Assembly (NCBI GenBank): GCA_046735395.1
Contig: JBJKQR010000012.1
Span: 1 to 64,000, forward strand
Source: Fidelibacterota bacterium
Lineage (GTDB): Bacteria; Fidelibacterota; Fidelibacteria; Fidelibacterales; DSDE01
DNA: 64,000 nucleotides
Direction: 5' to 3'
Below, piece by piece: positions 59,634-64,000 of this stretch (position 1 is its first letter; every line of letters starts with the position of its first letter). Under the pieces are notes generated by a model. It was not told where the DNA came from. It worked only from the letters and a program-made list of their open reading frames with translations, and ran no database searches. Made by a program: the position numbers and the translations under genes.

Positions 59634-60499
59634 GATTCGTCGACCTGTATGAACGGATCAATATTGAGGAGCCCCGGCGTCTCAATGTGGTGAATCCCCG
59701 GAGTGATTCCGTGCTGGATGCCGTTCGCCAGGCTGCTGAAAAAGGGTATGTTATTCCGGTACTTTTCGGTGACGAGAAGATGATTTCAGAAAAGCTGGAA
59801 AAAAATCCCCTGCCCGGCGCTGAAATAATTCATGCTCAGGATGAAGCAGCGGCAGCTGAACTGGCTGTGAAGGATGTTCGAGCCGGCCATGGGCACCTGT
59901 TGATGAAAGGCGATATTCCCACCGCCTCCTTCATGAAACCGGTGCTGAATCGTGATTACGGACTGCGGACCGGTTCGGTGCTGTCCCATATTGCCGTCGC
60001 AGATACGGATTTTGTCGGCAGGCTGATTTTTATCGCCGATGGAGGGATTACGATCCGGCCGGATCTTGACGTAAAACGGGCCATCGCCGCGAACACAGCG
60101 GTCTTCGCCGAACAATTGCTGGGGAAGAAACCCGTCATGGCGTTTGCAGCTGCCATTGAGGTCATCAATGAGAAAATGCCCGAGACCGGGGAAGCCAGGA
60201 TTCTGGCTGAGGAATATGCAAATCGCGGTTATATTGCAGAAGGACCGGTTGCCTTCGATGTTATTTTTTCACAGACTGCAGCGGCAAAGAAGGGAATCGA
60301 AAGCCGGATCAGCGAAAGGACGGATGTCATCATCATGCCGGATATGACAACGGCCAATTTTATGGTGAAACAGTTGATATTTTTCAGTAAGGCCGCAGTC
60401 GGCGGCATTATTGCAGGCGCTTCAGTGCCGTTGATTCTGCTGAGCCGTTCCGATTCTGCCGAGACAAAACTGAATTCCATTATCCTGGGACTTCTATAA
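59630..60499 (+). CDS. ptb: Phosphate butyryltransferase
   Basis: LMKG, LSHIA, AAIE.IN.KMP, EGPVAFD, LLSRSDS; follows buk. Confidence 0.88.
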   Translation: MRFVDLYERINIEEPRRLNVVNPRSDSVLDAVRQAAEKGYVIPVLFGDEKMISEKLEKNPLPGAEIIHAQDEAAAAELAVKDVRAGHGHLLMKGDIPTASFMKPVLNRDYGLRTGSVLSHIAVADTDFVGRLIFIADGGITIRPDLDVKRAIAANTAVFAEQLLGKKPVMAFAAAIEVINEKMPETGEARILAEEYANRGYIAEGPVAFDVIFSQTAAAKKGIESRISERTDVIIMPDMTTANFMVKQLIFFSKAAVGGIIAGASVPLILLSRSDSAETKLNSIILGLL

Positions 60500-60516
60500 A
60501 ATATTCATGTAACGAA

Positions 60517-61125
60517 ATGGGTGAAATGCAGACTAACACTGTAAATGAAGACGAGCTCATCGACAAGGCAAAAAAAGGCGATAAAAAAGCGCAGGCGCAG
60601 CTGGTCATGAGATACGAAAACCGAATTTACAATCTGGCGCTGAGAATGATGCGCGACAGAGATGATGCGGAAGATGTTCTTCAGGAAACATTTTTGACCG
60701 CGCTCCGAAAGCTCGACAGTTTTGAGGGCAGATCCCAGTTCTTCACCTGGCTGTACCGCATTGCCATGAATATTTCACTGCAGAAACTACGGGAAAATAA
60801 GAAATACGATACGGGACTCAGTCTATCAGATCCGGATTTTGAGAGTCTTCACGGGCAGCATCTGGCCGAATGGCCGGCCTACAGCAAGAATATGCTCAGC
60901 AACAAGGATTTCCGTCAGCTGCTGGACAGCGCTATCCGGGCTCTGCCGCCCATCTACCGGTCCGTATTCATACTGAGAGATATTGAAGGATTATCAACGG
61001 AAGAAGCCCGCACACTTCTGGATCTGAGCGACAGCAATGTGAAGGTCCGGCTGATGAGAGCCCGTTTCTTTCTCAGGGAAAAGCTTGAAGAGTATTTCCG
61101 GGAATCCGGGAGGCAGGGACTATGA
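60517..61125 (+). CDS. ECF RNA polymerase sigma factor
   Basis: DAEDVLQETF, FFTWLYRIAMN, LRDIEGLS..E, VKVRLMRAR. Confidence 0.93.
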   Translation: MGEMQTNTVNEDELIDKAKKGDKKAQAQLVMRYENRIYNLALRMMRDRDDAEDVLQETFLTALRKLDSFEGRSQFFTWLYRIAMNISLQKLRENKKYDTGLSLSDPDFESLHGQHLAEWPAYSKNMLSNKDFRQLLDSAIRALPPIYRSVFILRDIEGLSTEEARTLLDLSDSNVKVRLMRARFFLREKLEEYFRESGRQGL

Positions 61126-61415
61126 CGCATCATCCGAAACATCCGGCGCCTGAACCTGTGACCATCGAGGTCGGACAGGAGATGAAAACTTTCGAAAAAT
61201 TCTGCCAGGAACTGGGCAAGGATATTGACCGGGATTTCTGCCGGGAAATCAAGACTGAAATAGAGAATTGTCCCCAGTGCAAAGTCTATTTTGACACCAT
61301 TCGCCGTACAGTGAAACTCTATCAGTCCTGTGAGGAAAACGCGGCTGTGGATGAAGTCCGGGAGGACCGGCTGTTTAAAGTTCTCAACCTGGAAAAACCC
61401 AAAACCGGCAAATAG
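61122..61415 (+). CDS. Putative soluble zinc-binding anti-sigma factor
   Basis: Overlaps the sigma stop; FCREIKTEIENCPQCKVYFDTIRRTVKLY. Confidence 0.7.
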   Translation: MTHHPKHPAPEPVTIEVGQEMKTFEKFCQELGKDIDRDFCREIKTEIENCPQCKVYFDTIRRTVKLYQSCEENAAVDEVREDRLFKVLNLEKPKTGK

Positions 61416-61422
61416 CTTTTAA

Positions 61423-61451
61423 TTGTTTATAAAATTGAAAATATGTAAATT
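61423..61451 (+). promoter_or_regulatory. sigma70-type promoter for grx-groES
   Basis: TTGTTT-17 nt-TAAATT. Confidence 0.5.
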
Positions 61452-61499
61452 TGGCCCAGGATGGCTTGGGTCAGGACACGGTAAGAAAGAGAGTGATAA

Positions 61500-61760
61500 A
61501 TGACAGAACAGAAGAATGCGCGAAGCCCGAAAGTCATCGTATTTACCACCCCGACCTGCACCTACTGCACACAGGTAAAACGGTATCTGCGGGAGAAACA
61601 GGTGAAATTCAAAGAAGTGGATGTGAGCCGGGATGCGAAAGCCGCGATGGACATGCAGCGAAAAACACATCAGCAGGGTGTTCCCCAGCTCTGGATTGAC
61701 AATAAACCCATTGTAGGATTTGACAGGCCAAAAATAGATCAAATGTTAAACTTAAAATGA
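61500..61760 (+). CDS. Glutaredoxin/NrdH-like protein
   Basis: TPTCTYC, GVPQ cis-Pro loop, IVGFD. Confidence 0.9.
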   Translation: MTEQKNARSPKVIVFTTPTCTYCTQVKRYLREKQVKFKEVDVSRDAKAAMDMQRKTHQQGVPQLWIDNKPIVGFDRPKIDQMLNLK

Positions 61761-61776
61761 AAAACGGAGGACAGAG

Positions 61777-62046
61777 ATGAAAATAAAGCCCCTCGATGAT
61801 CGTATTCTGATCAAAGCTCTGCCGGAAGAAGAAAAGACTGCCGGCGGAATTATCATTCCTGATACTGCAAAAGAAAAACCCCGTGTAGCCGAAGTTGTGG
61901 CCGTCGGGACTGACGAAGATCTGAAAGAGGTTATTTCCGTCGGGATGAAGGTTCTGTTCGGAAAATACTCCGGAGAAGAGATCAAGGTTGATGGTGAAGA
62001 ATATACCTTGCTTCAGCGGAGTGATGTTCTCGCTATCGTAGAGTAA
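61777..62046 (+). CDS. groES: Co-chaperonin GroES
   Basis: IKPLDDRI, KTAGGIIIPDTAKEKP, VAVG, KYSG.EIK.DG. Confidence 0.96.
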   Translation: MKIKPLDDRILIKALPEEEKTAGGIIIPDTAKEKPRVAEVVAVGTDEDLKEVISVGMKVLFGKYSGEEIKVDGEEYTLLQRSDVLAIVE

Positions 62047-62058
62047 TTTCTGACTATG

Positions 62059-62091
62059 ACGGGGGTGGCCGGGCTGCCCCCGTTTACTTTT
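62059..62091 (+). terminator. Intrinsic terminator after groES
   Basis: ACGGGGGTGGC-loop-GCTGCCCCCGT hairpin followed by TTACTTTT. Confidence 0.65.
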
Positions 62092-62115
62092 CCTTAAGTA
62101 TTGCTGGGAGTTCAG

Positions 62116-63471
62116 ATGAGTCAAAGGCTAGTGATTGTAGGTGGCGACGCGGCAGGGATGTCTGCCGCAAGCAAAGCGAAACGCGTCAGTCCTGACGCTG
62201 AAGTCGTTGTGCTTGAAAAAGGCAGATTTATCTCTTATGCTGCCTGCGGTATTCCATACTATATCGGAGGTCTGGTCAGCGATTGGCAGGACCTGCTCAT
62301 CCTGAGCCCGAAGGCGGCGCGCGAAGGGCGAAAAATAGATGTGCGGCTTCATCATCTGGTGGAGTCCTTCGACCCCAAGACCCGGATTGTCCGCGGAAAA
62401 AATCTGGAGGATGGCTCGGCCTTCGAACTGAGTTATGATAAACTCATCCTGGCCACAGGCGCCCGTCCGGTCATACCCAAGATCCAGGGCATGGATCTCC
62501 CGGGTGTTTTCACACTGAGAAACATTGACGACGGCCTCGCGATTCGGAAATATATTGACGAAAACAAACCTGCGACGGCAATCGTCGTCGGGGGCGGCTA
62601 TATCGGCCTGGAAATGCTGGAAGCCTTTCACCGTCAGGGCATCAAACTGACGATTATTGAACGGCTCGACCGGATCATGGTGACGGTTGATGAAGAAATC
62701 GCCCAGCTGGTTGAAGAGGAAATCCGCCGCCATGGCATTGATATTTTATTGCGGACAACGCTGGTCGGTATCCGGAAGGGACGGGAAAATCTGGAAGTCC
62801 TGCTGGCCGGCGGGCCCGGTAAGATGCAGGCGGATATGGTCCTCGTATCTGCCGGTGTTCAGCCGAATTCCGAGCTGGCGAAGGAAGCCGGCGCACGACT
62901 GGGCCGCAGCAATGCGATCCGCATCAATGAAAAGATGGAAACGACCCTGCCGAATGTCTACGCGGCCGGTGACTGCGTGGAACATAAACATATCATCAGC
63001 GGCAGAAATACCTATATCCCGCTGGCACCCGCTGCCAATAAGGGTGGACGGGTCGCAGGCGAAAATGCTGTCGGTGGCGAAGTGGATTTTCCCGGAGTCA
63101 TCGGGACCAGTATCACCAAAGTCTTTGACCTGGAAGTGGCGCGCACCGGACTGTCCTATCGCGACACGTCCGAGACCATTTATTCCAAAGTGAAACAGAT
63201 AACCATCGTGGAGAAGACGAAAGCGCGGTATTTTCCGGGGACGGATAATCTTACCATACGACTGGTCGTGGACAAACGCAGCAACAAGCTTCTGGGTGCC
63301 CAGATTATCGGGAAGGAAGGCGCCGGAAAGCGTATTGATGTCTTTGCCGTAGCCATACAACAAAATATGAAACTTGAAGATATTGCCAATCTGGATCTGG
63401 CTTATGCGCCGCCCTTTTCTCCGGTGTATGATCCCATCCTGATTTCGGCGTATGTGGGATTGCGAAAATGA
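62116..63471 (+). CDS. CoA-disulfide reductase / NADH oxidase family flavoprotein
   Basis: GGDAAGMSAA, SYAACGIPY single redox Cys, GGGYIG, AAGDC, LAYAPPF. Confidence 0.9.
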   Translation: MSQRLVIVGGDAAGMSAASKAKRVSPDAEVVVLEKGRFISYAACGIPYYIGGLVSDWQDLLILSPKAAREGRKIDVRLHHLVESFDPKTRIVRGKNLEDGSAFELSYDKLILATGARPVIPKIQGMDLPGVFTLRNIDDGLAIRKYIDENKPATAIVVGGGYIGLEMLEAFHRQGIKLTIIERLDRIMVTVDEEIAQLVEEEIRRHGIDILLRTTLVGIRKGRENLEVLLAGGPGKMQADMVLVSAGVQPNSELAKEAGARLGRSNAIRINEKMETTLPNVYAAGDCVEHKHIISGRNTYIPLAPAANKGGRVAGENAVGGEVDFPGVIGTSITKVFDLEVARTGLSYRDTSETIYSKVKQITIVEKTKARYFPGTDNLTIRLVVDKRSNKLLGAQIIGKEGAGKRIDVFAVAIQQNMKLEDIANLDLAYAPPFSPVYDPILISAYVGLRK

Positions 63472-63944
63472 AAAAATATCTCCCGGTGCTCCTGCTTATC
63501 CTGACAGCAGTAACTCTGACGGCCCAGGATCTGAAAAGCGAGCGGCAGATCAATCTGGAAAAACAGCTCATGGCGCCCTGCTGTTACGGCGGCGCGATTT
63601 ATGATCATGAGTCCGGAGTCGCCGACCAGATGAAACGCGATATTGCCATCATGATCAAGGATGGCAAGTCAGATGATGAAATACTGGCTCATTACGAAGC
63701 GGAATACGGGGAAAAAATCCTGGCTACACCCAAGGCGAAAGGGTTTAACCTCGCCGCCTGGTGGGTTCCGGCTGTACTGGGAATCCTGGCCCTCCTTGGC
63801 TATATCCTGTATACGCTGACCATGAAGACCCGAAAGCTCTCCGGTGTAGCAGACGCAGATGTCAGTGCCGACGTTCCGGAGGCATCACTGGATATATCGT
63901 CTATAATCGACAGGGAACTGGATGAATTCAAAAAGAACAATTGA
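63468..63944 (+). CDS. ccmH: CcmH/CcmL-like cytochrome c biogenesis protein (vicinal CC variant)
   Basis: Signal peptide, LMAPCC, ADQMK..I..MI..GKSDDEI..Y...YGE.ILA.P..GFN...W..P, C-terminal TM. Confidence 0.8.
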   Translation: MKKYLPVLLLILTAVTLTAQDLKSERQINLEKQLMAPCCYGGAIYDHESGVADQMKRDIAIMIKDGKSDDEILAHYEAEYGEKILATPKAKGFNLAAWWVPAVLGILALLGYILYTLTMKTRKLSGVADADVSADVPEASLDISSIIDRELDEFKKNN

Positions 63945-64000
63945 TGAAAATATACTGATTGAAGAGCTGGTGGAGGAATTTCCTCAGCTCGTCCGGCCGC
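63922..64000 (+). CDS. Partial DUF1858-like small protein (runs off the window)
   Basis: ATG 63922 after AGGGA; MNSKRTIDENILIEELVEEFPQLVRP. Confidence 0.5.
   Translation, partial: MNSKRTIDENILIEELVEEFPQLVRP

Overview
A 64-kb bacterial chromosomal window, about 50-55% GC by eye, most likely from an anaerobic FCB-superphylum organism. A Marinimicrobia-like lineage is inferred from the PorV-like gene, a T9SS-type C-terminal domain and the hrcA-grpE-dnaJ order. The first ~2.4 kb is an AT-rich defence-island remnant: the end of a Z1-type protein, a PD-(D/E)XK/DUF4420 gene apparently truncated by a deletion that runs into a C5 DNA methyltransferase, and a stub of an HNH-type nuclease. The rest is mostly housekeeping: PorV-like protein, secreted endonuclease I, M13 peptidase, nrnA-ispH-pdxST-dxs-acyl-CoA mutase-PHP, a cytochrome c maturation cluster with a Cys-type CcmE, hrcA-grpE-dnaJ-comEA-pilM/N-like-rsmD-coaD-pta-obgE-ABC exporter, pyruvate dehydrogenase, miaB, htpG, two histidine kinases, a chemosensory cluster with a double-Hpt CheA but no MCP or CheW, a ~39-bp tandem repeat array, pepT, glycerate kinase, buk-ptb, and an ECF sigma/anti-sigma/glutaredoxin/groES/CoA-disulfide reductase/ccmH cluster. 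No rRNA, tRNA, CRISPR array or transposase was recognised. All family calls come from motif recognition, not database searches.
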